Shown piece by piece: positions 10,329-20,765 of a stretch of 64,000 nucleotides of DNA. Position numbers and translations under genes: made by a program. The number at the start of each line of letters is the position of its first letter. Position 1 is the first letter of the stretch. Below the pieces are notes generated by a model that worked only from the letters and a program-made list of their open reading frames with translations, did no database searches and was not told the DNA's origin. Origin of the DNA: a virus; the IMG/VR virus record IMGVR_UViG_3300005748_000026, positions 2,808 to 66,807 of that record; one strand, written 5' to 3'.

Positions 10329-13052
10329 TTACGCTATTTTAACCCAACCGCTTGTCGCGCCTTTGTAATAATATAAATCTGTTTCGCTTCCGTTTATTAA
10401 TGACACCATCGTACCATTTCTAGGATTTGTTATGTTACCTAAATTTGCAGTTAATGGTGTACCAAAACCTTTATCAGCATTGTCTATGAAAACACCTAAT
10501 CCATTAACAGTTAACTTCGCTGTATCTGTATTGTCTAATGGGTTAGTGTATAACAACTCCACACCATCAGATGAAGTAGCTTTAACAGCCCCATCAATAG
10601 CTTGTAAGTTGATGTCATAAGTTATTTTTGGAGTTCCGAATAAGTTTATTGTTTCCTTATTAAAGTAAATCCTAGCCTTATCTTCTTCGTCATTTATTCT
10701 TGTTGAAGAGTAATTACTTCCTCCCCCTCCAATTCCTGCACTTAAAACTATGTTGTTAAGACCTGTAGTGTTACCTGCATCTAATACATCTGACAATGTA
10801 GGATTTGCTAATGTCTCTGTGTGTGAACCTAAATCTGTATTGATTGTTAAATCCTTAGTAACAGGGTCAAATACTAAACTTGTAATAGTATCACCACCAG
10901 ACAATCCACCACCTGCTGTAGAGTTAATTGTAACCTCTCTTACTCCACCTATAATGTTTTCTGTAATGGTTACGTTTGTTCCTTCTATAAAAGTAATTGG
11001 AACTACATCATCCTCTGTAGCAAACTTCTTCTTTGTTCCAGAAATGTTACCATAATAAGCGTCATCAGTTGAATCGTAAACTATCCATCCATTTCTAGCT
11101 ACTGAAATAGTAGATGAATCTGTAGCTAAAGGCAAATACAATGGCTTGTTGATAGCATCAGCGTAAATACCGCTAGCATCACAAGAAATAGAAACCTCTG
11201 TATTGGTGTCTTTTTGCCTCAATACTGCACCATTGTTAGAACTTAAAAGTAACGCTCCATTATCGGCTAATATGTTTACAACATTACTTCTTACTGTTGC
11301 AGCAATGTAATTGAAACCTGTTCCTGCAATAATTCTGTCTTCAAAGAATATTTGACCTTTATTCTCGTTACCCTTTAAAACAATCTTATTTGTAGATATG
11401 TTTTTATCGTCATTTGAAGGAGATAACGCAATGTAATTATCAGTTACATCATTTCCAGAATCTAATACTTCATTTAATGTTTGAGAGAAACTTGTTCCGC
11501 TAATAATGCTTGAAACATAGCTTTCGGTTGCAAATGGACTCCATGATGTAGAATATCCATAAAACTTTCCACTATCACTCTCAAATCCAATAGAACCATC
11601 TTCGGGTGTGGTGGCTTGAGATACGTTTGTGTATAAAGGAATCCTAAACACACCTCCATCAGCACCATTCTCTAACTTAATACTTGAGTCAGAGTTATCA
11701 ACTATAAGGTGATTGTTAGCACTAAACTTCCCGTCAACAAATGTAAGTGCAGATTTTAATGTTAGAACCGAACTTGCCACACCAAGATTTCCAAACTCAT
11801 TAAAACCTATATGTGCAAGACCTGTCTTACTCTTTATCTTGTTAGAATCACCAATAAGGTTGTCTAAAATGATATTTCTACCATTTGTCTTGTTTCCTAC
11901 ATCTAAAACTGTACTTAATGAAAGTCCTAAAACATCCACAGTATAAGTCTTCTTACCTCCTACAATGCTCTCAGTAACATTTACATTAGCTCCTGCCAAG
12001 ACTTCTACATCTTTCAAAGAGTTAATCTTGTTTACTAATGTGCTTGCTACATTGAATTGGTAAGTTCTAATTCCTCCCAATTCTGTTTCTGTAACAGATA
12101 TTGTTGGAGTATTAGTAACATTGAAAGTATCACCAGATACCCCCGAACCTGTAACTAAAAACATTCCCTCAGTCTTAACGTCTGGAATATGAATTTTAGA
12201 TACCTGCTTTACTTTAATTAAAATATCTTTAACAGCAGAATAGTCTCCACAATCTTGAGCTAACTCCGCTTCTTGAGCTAATGAAGCTACTAATAGATAG
12301 TCAAATAAGAACTTATTAGCAGTCGTTTGATTCCTGTGGTATAAATCATCAAACTCTTCTCTTTTTCGCTTTAAATAGCAATATATAGTGCATAAGGCAT
12401 CATGGCAGAAAACATCTTCCAAACCAAATGTCTCAATCTCATCTATTACACACCAATCTACAAAGTCATAAGTTAAGTTAGATAACAACTCAAATCTATG
12501 CCTTGCCCCATCCTTATTCTCTGCATAAAATACAGAAGTGTTAAGAACCTCAGTAGAAACTATGATTGAATCATCACTTGTTCCAGATGGATAGTGTAGT
12601 GTATGAGTTCTTACAATCTCAGGCAACACACCACCAACCAAATAATTAGTAGTATCTTTCGATACCAACAATGGCTTAGAACAATCGTAGTCTGTACTTA
12701 AAGTAGCTGTTGGAGATTTATAGTTGTACTTAATCTCTTTTACTATTGAAGTAACATTTAAGTCAACATCAACAAAGCTGTAGTATATCTGATATGTACC
12801 ACACTCTACCTCTCCACCATTAATAGTAGGGATAGGAATTGTTGTGCTTGCTGTGTCTCCTGTAGAAAATACAAAGTCTGGACTTCCACTCGTTACAGGA
12901 TTCTCATATAGTACAATACCACTTGGAGAAATGACTTTTGTTAAATACCCCGTTGAAGAGGACTTATCTATATTTGGGTCTAAATTGGATATGTCTTCAA
13001 ATTCCAAGAAACCCGAAACAAGATTGAATATGGTTTTTACGTTTAAACCCAT
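10329..13052 (-). CDS. tail fibre/virion structural protein
   Basis: 907 aa; repeated TL..VLD.GN and G.NVT.TE.I.GG motifs. Confidence 0.6.
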   Translation of the reverse strand: MGLNVKTIFNLVSGFLEFEDISNLDPNIDKSSSTGYLTKVISPSGIVLYENPVTSGSPDFVFSTGDTASTTIPIPTINGGEVECGTYQIYYSFVDVDLNVTSIVKEIKYNYKSPTATLSTDYDCSKPLLVSKDTTNYLVGGVLPEIVRTHTLHYPSGTSDDSIIVSTEVLNTSVFYAENKDGARHRFELLSNLTYDFVDWCVIDEIETFGLEDVFCHDALCTIYCYLKRKREEFDDLYHRNQTTANKFLFDYLLVASLAQEAELAQDCGDYSAVKDILIKVKQVSKIHIPDVKTEGMFLVTGSGVSGDTFNVTNTPTISVTETELGGIRTYQFNVASTLVNKINSLKDVEVLAGANVNVTESIVGGKKTYTVDVLGLSLSTVLDVGNKTNGRNIILDNLIGDSNKIKSKTGLAHIGFNEFGNLGVASSVLTLKSALTFVDGKFSANNHLIVDNSDSSIKLENGADGGVFRIPLYTNVSQATTPEDGSIGFESDSGKFYGYSTSWSPFATESYVSSIISGTSFSQTLNEVLDSGNDVTDNYIALSPSNDDKNISTNKIVLKGNENKGQIFFEDRIIAGTGFNYIAATVRSNVVNILADNGALLLSSNNGAVLRQKDTNTEVSISCDASGIYADAINKPLYLPLATDSSTISVARNGWIVYDSTDDAYYGNISGTKKKFATEDDVVPITFIEGTNVTITENIIGGVREVTINSTAGGGLSGGDTITSLVFDPVTKDLTINTDLGSHTETLANPTLSDVLDAGNTTGLNNIVLSAGIGGGGSNYSSTRINDEEDKARIYFNKETINLFGTPKITYDINLQAIDGAVKATSSDGVELLYTNPLDNTDTAKLTVNGLGVFIDNADKGFGTPLTANLGNITNPRNGTMVSLINGSETDLYYYKGATSGWVKIA

Positions 13053-13070
13053 TTTTTATAGTGCTTTTCA

Positions 13071-13078
13071 CAAAGATA
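13071..13078 (-). promoter_or_regulatory. Bacteroidota -7 promoter element (TATCTTTG)
   Basis: TAnnTTTG about 19 nt upstream of the ATG at 13052. The same motif occurs on the minus strand at 48-55, 16788-16795, 23174-23181, 38827-38834, 50994-51001 and 57439-57446, and on the plus strand at 16802-16809, 24651-24658 and 37173-37180, nearly all just upstream of a start codon. Confidence 0.7.
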
Positions 13079-13080
13079 AT

Positions 13081-13118
13081 AAAAAGAAAGGCAGTAAACT
13101 ATATGTAAACTGCCTTTC
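13081..13118 (-). terminator. intrinsic terminator
   Basis: GAAAGGCAGT...ACTGCCTTTC hairpin plus a T-run, after the 337-aa gene. Confidence 0.7.
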
Positions 13119-13143
13119 AAATAACTCAATATTAAGATAGTAA

Positions 13144-14157
13144 CTAACTTTCTACATCAGCTTTGATATATTCAAACAACTGAGAATCCTCGTAGATTTT
13201 ATCAATAGCAGCTTCTCTCTTAATAGCTAAAGAAGTATCTCCATATTTATACCATAGAGCATTTTTACTGATAACATTAGATTCTAACGCTTTATCAAAC
13301 ACAGCTTCTACCTGCTCTCTTGTAATACCTTCTTCATTGATTTCAATTTTTGGTGTGGCAGATAGGCTATTCAACTTAGCATTAATATCAGCATAAGTCT
13401 CTTTAACTTGACTGTTTTCGTTAACAAGAGAAGCAAAGTAATCTACAGCATCTTTACCCACAGGAGCAGCTAAAATGTCTTGATTTGTCTCTCCCCATGC
13501 AATACTACGTCTTTGTCTATTGTAAGATAAAATGCCTCTATAAATAGCTTCTCTAAGTACCGCTTTGTAAGCAGTCTCAACCTCATCCATAGCGTTTAAA
13601 AACTTCTTAGGATTAGAAGCAACTATTTTAGATACTCTAAGTTTCAATTCATCCGCTTCTGCCGTCATAGCAAAATTGATTTCAGAATTGTCTAACGATA
13701 CCGATAAAACAAACCTTCTTAAAGATTCAAAGTCCATGTTGAGTATCTTATACTCCACACCAAGTTCTTCTTTCTTCTTAGCTACAACCTCAGCAGATTT
13801 CTTACGCTTATCAAATCTTGTGAAAATTGTTCTTGAACCTTTTCTCTTATGCTCATTTTCTTTAACGAAGTTCGTTAAGTCCATGAATCTCTTTAAAGTG
13901 TCATTTTGATGGTCAACCATGAATAGGTTGTTATGAACTCTAAGGTATTTAACATCAGAATCTTTTACATCATCTCCTTGTTCGTCAACAAAAATACTTG
14001 ACTCCCCTGCAATGTATCTGATTTTCTTAGTTACAAACCTACCTTTATTCTTCTCGTCTGGGATTGAAATTACATCAATCGGCTTGAATGATTCAAAAGC
14101 ACTATTACTGTTTTTTCTTTTAGACAACACATAGATGTCCTGACCTACTATACTCAT
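13144..14157 (-). CDS. capsid-adjacent protein of crAss-like phages
   Basis: 337 aa, immediately downstream of the major capsid gene; IRYIAGESSIFVDEQ motif. Confidence 0.55.
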   Translation of the reverse strand: MSIVGQDIYVLSKRKNSNSAFESFKPIDVISIPDEKNKGRFVTKKIRYIAGESSIFVDEQGDDVKDSDVKYLRVHNNLFMVDHQNDTLKRFMDLTNFVKENEHKRKGSRTIFTRFDKRKKSAEVVAKKKEELGVEYKILNMDFESLRRFVLSVSLDNSEINFAMTAEADELKLRVSKIVASNPKKFLNAMDEVETAYKAVLREAIYRGILSYNRQRRSIAWGETNQDILAAPVGKDAVDYFASLVNENSQVKETYADINAKLNSLSATPKIEINEEGITREQVEAVFDKALESNVISKNALWYKYGDTSLAIKREAAIDKIYEDSQLFEYIKADVES

Positions 14158-14182
14158 TTTATTTTATTTAATTGATTTTAAG

Positions 14183-14218
14183 AAAAAAATAAGAGGGAGT
14201 GTATTTCAACCCCCTCTA
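14183..14218 (-). terminator. intrinsic terminator after the major capsid gene
   Basis: AGAGGGGGT-TGAAATAC-ACTCCCTCT hairpin plus a T-run. Confidence 0.7.
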
Positions 14219-14226
14219 TTATTATG

Positions 14227-15636
14227 TTATGCGTTTGCACTCAAATAGATTGCTCTGTTAAGCGCATAAGTTTGAAGACCACAATGAGAACGGTATCTGA
14301 AACCTTTCTTACCTTCACCAGACTCTAACTTATCGTAGTCAATATAATTAACTACCATTTCGTTTCCTGCTAGGTATCTCAAACGAGCTACAGGTACATT
14401 CTCCCCGTTAGTTGGGTTTACAGAAGTGTCCATTGGTAAAATCATACCCTCGTTTCTGTATCCAAATCCACCTGCACCTAAAGTCTGAATATCAGAGAAA
14501 GCAGGAAGTTTCTTCTTATGGAATACGAAGTCACCAATCTTGAATGAACTGAATCCGAAGTCAATCTTCTTTTGCTCATCCCAATTAAACATTCCGTAGT
14601 TGATTCCACCACCTACAAGACCTGCCTCAGAACGCATCTCTTTGTCAATTAAGTGGTTTAAGTCGTTACCAACCCATAGCATATTCTCTACTGCTCCCTT
14701 TTGAACATCAAGAATCTTAGCAGCCTCTTCTAATTCATCATATCCGAATGAAGCACCACCGTAATTAAGTGTGTTACCTCTACTAAGAATAGCAGGAATT
14801 AAACCTTCTGTTTTAGAAACAGGCTTATCTCCTTGTGCATCTGCATAAGTAGTGTTAGTCAATTTTTGACCTACTAAAAGTTGCAACTCTTTATAGTTCA
14901 AGAACTTAACATACTCCTCAGCTTCCGCTTTAGAACTCCACATTGGCTTACCATTAACCTCGAACCAAGTCATTGCAGCATCAGCCTCAATAGTTAATTG
15001 GTACTCGTTTTTAATAGTTTGTAATTGACCTTGAATTTGGTCTACACCACTGTCTTGAGATTTTGGATAACCAGAACCTTCTCCTGAAACTCTACCGATA
15101 ATAGCAATCTCTTCTGCTGCTGCGATTGCAGGAATAGCGTCTGTTGCAATTACAGGAATAGCGTTAAATTCACCAGAAGATAATCCATCATCCACACCTG
15201 ATGCTGTTACAATAGCCTCAACGTAGTCTCCATGAGAAACACCGCCATTAAGAATTAAAATAACATCACCTTTGTTTGGAGTAAATGTATCTTTACTTCC
15301 TGTTCCAATGTAAGGATTGTATTGTCCGTAACTAATAGACTCATTGATTCCTGCTCCTACAGTTAAAGTAACCTCAGCACCCGCTAATCCACCTAGGGTA
15401 GTTGCAGTAACTTTAGGCATTAAACGTCTCTTCTCGTAGTGGTAGAACTCAATGTTTGAAGTTTCAGCTTTCGCGTCTACTGCATCTAAAATTCCGATTA
15501 AACGCTCTGTTCCAAATGGAGAAACTAAGGTTGAATCTTTATCTTCTTTAATCGCATCATATGTCGATAAGAAGTTCAAGTCTGTAGGCTGATAACCTAC
15601 TTTACCTGCTTTAAAATAATCTGTGTACGTTGGCAT
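14227..15636 (-). CDS. major capsid protein
   Basis: 469 aa; ELQLLVG, TEGLIPAI.SRGN and DFGFSSF motifs; lies after the portal and scaffold-like genes and is followed by a strong terminator. Confidence 0.85.
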   Translation of the reverse strand: MPTYTDYFKAGKVGYQPTDLNFLSTYDAIKEDKDSTLVSPFGTERLIGILDAVDAKAETSNIEFYHYEKRRLMPKVTATTLGGLAGAEVTLTVGAGINESISYGQYNPYIGTGSKDTFTPNKGDVILILNGGVSHGDYVEAIVTASGVDDGLSSGEFNAIPVIATDAIPAIAAAEEIAIIGRVSGEGSGYPKSQDSGVDQIQGQLQTIKNEYQLTIEADAAMTWFEVNGKPMWSSKAEAEEYVKFLNYKELQLLVGQKLTNTTYADAQGDKPVSKTEGLIPAILSRGNTLNYGGASFGYDELEEAAKILDVQKGAVENMLWVGNDLNHLIDKEMRSEAGLVGGGINYGMFNWDEQKKIDFGFSSFKIGDFVFHKKKLPAFSDIQTLGAGGFGYRNEGMILPMDTSVNPTNGENVPVARLRYLAGNEMVVNYIDYDKLESGEGKKGFRYRSHCGLQTYALNRAIYLSANA

Positions 15637-15655
15637 TTTTCTTTGCTTTTAAAAA

Positions 15656-16759
15656 TTAAAATCTTTTGCCAAGATGACTGATAACACTTCTTGCTGCATC
15701 GCTTCCTTTTGGAGTGCTGTCTGCATTGTTCCCCGTTTTGGAATTGCTGTAATCAATGTTGTTGATGTCCTTAACTTGAGACTCTGCACCTTCTGACCTA
15801 GCTTGAGCTGTCGCTGCACTTATATACTTGTCAAAATGTGTTAGCCTGTGGGCATCTTTAATCATCTTATCAAAATCTACTTTCCCGTCCTTAACCCAAC
15901 CAAATGACTCAAGAACTCTGTCTGGCTCTGATACTAAACTCAAAGAGTCTTTAACATCTTCACCATCTATTTTAAACTTAAACTCCTTGCCTTCTCCATA
16001 GGTTACAACGTCTTCGCCTACGTTCTTAGCTTTGGTGTTTAATTCTTTTTGGTATTCTGTCCAATCAAACTTTTGAGGTGTGGCTTCTTGCTTTGCTTGT
16101 GGAGTAGATAATTCTACCATCTTCTCCTCTCTAACTTTCGTTAATTCAGCTCTTGCTTTTCTTTCTAGCCTTCCCCATTCTATCTTTAACGATTTTAGCT
16201 TCCTTTCAGTTAGCTCACCGTTTTCAATTAATTCATCAGCTCTTTCTTCGCTAAATACAGCTTCGTACTTATCTAAATCGAAGTCTATTTCTTCATCAGT
16301 AGTTTCAGGGTCTATATGCCTCCAATAAGCATCTACAACATCTATAGCGTTCATTGTGCTATAGTCCACACCACTTAATTTAATATACTCCTGTAAGTCT
16401 GTTAAAGAACCATCGTTTAATTTGTCATTAAGCTCCTTTAGCGAAGGATGTATCCCAACTACTTCTTCTGTTGGTTTATCTTCAACTACTTGTTCCGTAA
16501 CTTCCTCTACAACTTCTTCCTTAGCTTCTGGTAAAGTTTCCTCCTTATCTGTTGTGGTGTCTTGCTCGACATCTTCACTAACAACCTCAGATTTTTCTTC
16601 AACCACTTCTTCAACTACCTCTTCTTGAGTAGATTCTTTTACTTCTTCAACAACATCTTCCCTAACTTCGTCAGGCTGTTGCTCTTGCTCATTAGATTCA
16701 AAATCTATCCTTTTAAGAGAAGATTGACCTAATGCTTGTTCAAATTCACCTAATGCCAT
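15656..16759 (-). CDS. acidic scaffold-like protein
   Basis: very E/V-rich N-terminus; directly upstream of the major capsid gene. Confidence 0.6.
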   Translation of the reverse strand: MALGEFEQALGQSSLKRIDFESNEQEQQPDEVREDVVEEVKESTQEEVVEEVVEEKSEVVSEDVEQDTTTDKEETLPEAKEEVVEEVTEQVVEDKPTEEVVGIHPSLKELNDKLNDGSLTDLQEYIKLSGVDYSTMNAIDVVDAYWRHIDPETTDEEIDFDLDKYEAVFSEERADELIENGELTERKLKSLKIEWGRLERKARAELTKVREEKMVELSTPQAKQEATPQKFDWTEYQKELNTKAKNVGEDVVTYGEGKEFKFKIDGEDVKDSLSLVSEPDRVLESFGWVKDGKVDFDKMIKDAHRLTHFDKYISAATAQARSEGAESQVKDINNIDYSNSKTGNNADSTPKGSDAARSVISHLGKRF

Positions 16760-16836
16760 AATAAAATTTTACTTAATTTATATTACACAAAATTAAATTA
16801 TTACATTTGGGGCATAATTCTTATATAAGAATAGCT

Positions 16837-17064
16837 ATGGTTAAAAATGAAAGGTATCTAGTTAAGGGAGATGTATTTAGGGAAGCTAGAGAAAGTAGAG
16901 ATTTAAGGTATAGAGAGGTGTATTACGATACTGATATATCCACATCTATAATACACAAGATTGAGAACTGTGTCTTTTACAATCCAACAATTAAAGTCCT
17001 ACTTGCTTTATGTGACTATTATGAGTTAGATATTAATGATGTTGTTTATCATTTTCGGGAGTGA
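16837..17064 (+). CDS. XRE/Cro-like helix-turn-helix protein
   Basis: FREARESRDL.YREV...TDISTSIIHKIEN....NPTIKVLLALCDYY; own TACATTTG promoter; ATG at 16837. Confidence 0.7.
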   Translation: MVKNERYLVKGDVFREARESRDLRYREVYYDTDISTSIIHKIENCVFYNPTIKVLLALCDYYELDINDVVYHFRE

Positions 17065-18310
17065 AGAAATAAACTCCTTCTAAAACATTGTTATCATGCT
17101 TTGGAACAATATCGTAGGATACTCCTGCTCTTGTCCATCCAAAGTTAGTATGAATCCATTTGCTTGCTCCAAATAGGCTTGTGCAATTCCTATATCTAAA
17201 ACTATTGCAGTTGTCTTTACAATCTACGTGAAGGTCTCCTTTTACAAAATGACAATGCCCTTTCAGATTCCTTTCTGTTATAAAGTCCTTTATATATAGT
17301 TCTGTTTTTACGTCTAAATGCTTAGGAAATCCATGCTTCATTTCTTTCTTGTCCTTTCCATGACAATACATGAACGTATGCTCTCCGTAACACTCCACAC
17401 CAATAAAATCCTCCTCTATATGAAAATCAATACTTGGTATGGCAGATTTTATATACTGTTCTAACACATAGTAAGCAGCATACTCAAAGTCTCCACCATG
17501 ATTAGAATCAGCACAACATCTAATTGATATATTGTTACATACATCCATATCTACTATTGAATGTATAAGTTTGGCGTGTTCCTCAAAGAAGCACCTAATC
17601 ACTTCGTTGTTAGTCATATTCTGAGGTAGCTTGTGACCACCTCTGGTTGTGAATCCATCCATACCATCTAATGAATCACCTAGAAAAAACAATGCTATCC
17701 TATCTATTCGACCATAAAGACCATGTACGTTCTTTACAATATTTGTCATTTGGTGTAGCCTAGAAGAAAAAACATCTCTGTTGTATTCATTCTTATACAG
17801 ACTACCTTTAACATCACAACCTATATGCTCATCAGCTATGTATAGGTTTAAAGATATTTCTGTTGCAGAAGGAAATTTAGGCAGTCTTATTGGAGTTACC
17901 TTTTCGTGAAAGAAACCTTTTATTTCATTCTTAAACCTCTCTAAGTCAAAACCCTTTGATTCATCATAGTCTAATACTATATTGAACTTTTGCTGCCCTT
18001 GATGGTTTACATATTTAGCTGACTTGACTTTTTTAATGTCAATACCCTCGTCATTACAATACTCTTTGAAAGAATCTAATTTGGTAACATCTTCAAAATA
18101 ACCAACATTATTCTCTGAATTTGAATAATCGTTAGAATATTTATTCTTGATATAGTTTCCTATATACCTTCTTAGATTAACATGGCTTCCCTTGTAATTA
18201 CAGTTTTCTATAATGAAATCCGTAAGGTCTGTTCTATTCAATCCTAATCCTAATTCACCTATCTTCTCCTCTATTATAGAATCGTACTCACTACATTTGC
18301 TTTGGCGCAT
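17033..18310 (-). CDS. calcineurin-like metallophosphoesterase
   Basis: ADEHIG, LGDSLDG, SNHG, HG and GDLH metal-binding motifs. Confidence 0.75.
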   Translation of the reverse strand: MRQSKCSEYDSIIEEKIGELGLGLNRTDLTDFIIENCNYKGSHVNLRRYIGNYIKNKYSNDYSNSENNVGYFEDVTKLDSFKEYCNDEGIDIKKVKSAKYVNHQGQQKFNIVLDYDESKGFDLERFKNEIKGFFHEKVTPIRLPKFPSATEISLNLYIADEHIGCDVKGSLYKNEYNRDVFSSRLHQMTNIVKNVHGLYGRIDRIALFFLGDSLDGMDGFTTRGGHKLPQNMTNNEVIRCFFEEHAKLIHSIVDMDVCNNISIRCCADSNHGGDFEYAAYYVLEQYIKSAIPSIDFHIEEDFIGVECYGEHTFMYCHGKDKKEMKHGFPKHLDVKTELYIKDFITERNLKGHCHFVKGDLHVDCKDNCNSFRYRNCTSLFGASKWIHTNFGWTRAGVSYDIVPKHDNNVLEGVYFFTPENDKQHH

Positions 18311-20727
18311 TATGGTGTTATGTTTGGTTTGGAGCTAACTATAGCATCATCAGCAGGTTTAGGACTTACTTTTAACATTGAGCCTACTCCCTCTTTCATA
18401 TTATTGCCCTCTCCCATCTTTCCCTTAAACTCTTCTGCCAACATATCCTCTTCTGTAGCCTGTTCGATATGTATAGATTTGATTTGACCTTCCAATTTAA
18501 GTTGAGCCATTTTGTTTTGGTGTTTAACCATCTCAATATTAATCTCTTTCTCCTCTTCTACTTTTAACAGTTGAGCCTTAGATTGGGTTGTCATTTGAAT
18601 CTTTTGTGCTTCTGCTTGAGCCGCTACCATTGCAGATTGTTGGTCTGCTTGCGCTCTCGATTGTTGAAGCATCATTTGTTCCTCTTGTTTAGCCTTGTCA
18701 AACTTACGTCTCTTAACGGCTAAGAATCTTTCTGCTTTCTTCTGGTTTTTAATCCTTCTAGCAGTAAAAGCATCCTCTAATCTTAAAGTGTTGTTTGATA
18801 TTTCCCTATCTAGGTAAGCATCAAACTTAACTCTATCTTCGTCAGTAACATCTATTTCTATATGGATTCCATATTTTCTAACATGAACGTCTTTTATGTC
18901 CTCCATACTCTTAACTCCTGCTGCACCAATTACATTTTCGTAATCTTTTCTAAACCCTTCAAGGTCAAATCTGCTTCTTTGCTGCAACATTGATACAATT
19001 ACCTCAGCAGTTTTTTCTACTTGAAATATTGACCATTGAAACAATTCTCTAGTGGAGTTATTTGAAGATAGTAACGCTTGCTGCCTAACACCCTTTAAAT
19101 CCTTTGAATTAGGACTTGAACCATCCCTAACTTCATTTATACCTGTAACTGCTCTAATTTGGTCTAATTGGTATCTGTATAGCTCTATAAATTGAACGAT
19201 ACTTCTTGACACACCATTGTCTAAAGGTGTAATTGGAACTCCCTGTCTCATTTGACCTGTCTCAGAGTCCACACCATTATATAAGACAATACCCTTTTGT
19301 TCGTACAGCTTAATAGCTTCATGTGGCTCAAGTGTTTGCCCTTTTGAGCCTATATCCAAATCTGAAATGGCAGATAAGTCTACAGCAATACCAGATGGTG
19401 CTGCTTGAGCTAAGAACTGCTGAATCTTTAAGTTAAGTATTTGGATTTGGTCTGCGTGAGGTCTCATCCTGTCAACCAAAGACTTAGAAACCATATTCCT
19501 AGAGTTAGGCATTATGGCTATGAACTGCTTAGTAACGTATGGACTCATGCCATGAAACTCATTAGGTCTTATGATATTTTTAGACCTACCATACTTTACA
19601 AGTTTACTCATACCCAAAATATAAAGACCTTCGTAAGATGTCTCTACACTCTTTTCATACAAGTTTCCTTTAACCTTTCCTTTGTGCTTAAATTTCTTTT
19701 TGTTGAAGAAGAAACCATCATACTTATTAGGCTTTTTCTCCCACTTATTTACATCAATACTATAGTAAACAAAATCCAAGCAATCAACTAAGTAATTATC
19801 GTAGTTGTAGATGTTAGAGTCATACCTATCCTCTCTATAAGTATCTCCATAAAGCCATTTGTCGCCATTGTTCTTTGCTGTTGCTTTAGCTATCTCAAAT
19901 AAATCAAACTCAGTAATATGAGAGCCTGCCATTTGTCTTATTTGACGAATAGATAACTTCTGCTTTTCAGCTTCAAAGTCTACATCTGAAAGGTCTGGTT
20001 GGTCTGAGAATGAGCTAACGTAGTTTACGATGTCAACATATCTTAAAACTATTCGGTTTGCCGTATCGTACTTAACACGCAACACCGCCTTCTTATTCTC
20101 TACTAAATCTCTACACAGTCTAGGGTAAATCTTCTTCTTAAAGTAGTTTGACTTCATTACCTCTGAAATCAACTGCTCCATTGCAATTTCACCTGCTTGC
20201 TTCTCGTTTAAGTCAACGTATATTTCAATGTCGTCATCATCCTCTGGAATGTAATCCCCCTCTGGAATAATAGACATACCCGTAATCTCTTTTTGCTGTT
20301 CGTTATAATCCTTTAAGGTCATGTTGATAAACAACTCATCCTTTCTCCTCTTTTTTTCTCCTAAAGAAATAGGGTCTATAGAATTACATTCAATGCTCCA
20401 ATCAGCATTAATCATCTCACCTACGATAATGTCAACGAACTTAGGTACTATAGGAATAATAGAGAAGTCCATGTTAAGATAACTCTCATCACTATCACCA
20501 TTCAGTTTAGGCTTATAAACATTAGGGTCATTAGTTCCTTCTGCATATTGCCTATTGAGAATATACCTGTCAATGTTTGACGTATCTCCATTTAAGTCAT
20601 ACAAGTACCTCGCCTCTATAGCCTTAGCTACTTTCATCCCAAAGTCAAGATTTTCTTTAACTTTTGGGTCTATGTGGTCATTCGGAAACGGGTTCTCGTC
20701 TATTTTGCTCCTATACTTCTCAGACAT
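18310..20727 (-). CDS. portal protein
   Basis: 805 aa; IIPIVPKFVDIIVG and VTGINEVRDGS motifs; Q/A-rich C-terminal coil; follows the terminase gene. Confidence 0.88.
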   Translation of the reverse strand: MSEKYRSKIDENPFPNDHIDPKVKENLDFGMKVAKAIEARYLYDLNGDTSNIDRYILNRQYAEGTNDPNVYKPKLNGDSDESYLNMDFSIIPIVPKFVDIIVGEMINADWSIECNSIDPISLGEKKRRKDELFINMTLKDYNEQQKEITGMSIIPEGDYIPEDDDDIEIYVDLNEKQAGEIAMEQLISEVMKSNYFKKKIYPRLCRDLVENKKAVLRVKYDTANRIVLRYVDIVNYVSSFSDQPDLSDVDFEAEKQKLSIRQIRQMAGSHITEFDLFEIAKATAKNNGDKWLYGDTYREDRYDSNIYNYDNYLVDCLDFVYYSIDVNKWEKKPNKYDGFFFNKKKFKHKGKVKGNLYEKSVETSYEGLYILGMSKLVKYGRSKNIIRPNEFHGMSPYVTKQFIAIMPNSRNMVSKSLVDRMRPHADQIQILNLKIQQFLAQAAPSGIAVDLSAISDLDIGSKGQTLEPHEAIKLYEQKGIVLYNGVDSETGQMRQGVPITPLDNGVSRSIVQFIELYRYQLDQIRAVTGINEVRDGSSPNSKDLKGVRQQALLSSNNSTRELFQWSIFQVEKTAEVIVSMLQQRSRFDLEGFRKDYENVIGAAGVKSMEDIKDVHVRKYGIHIEIDVTDEDRVKFDAYLDREISNNTLRLEDAFTARRIKNQKKAERFLAVKRRKFDKAKQEEQMMLQQSRAQADQQSAMVAAQAEAQKIQMTTQSKAQLLKVEEEKEINIEMVKHQNKMAQLKLEGQIKSIHIEQATEEDMLAEEFKGKMGEGNNMKEGVGSMLKVSPKPADDAIVSSKPNITP

Positions 20728-20765
20728 TTATCAGACATTTACAAGGTGTTCTCACAAAAATACAA

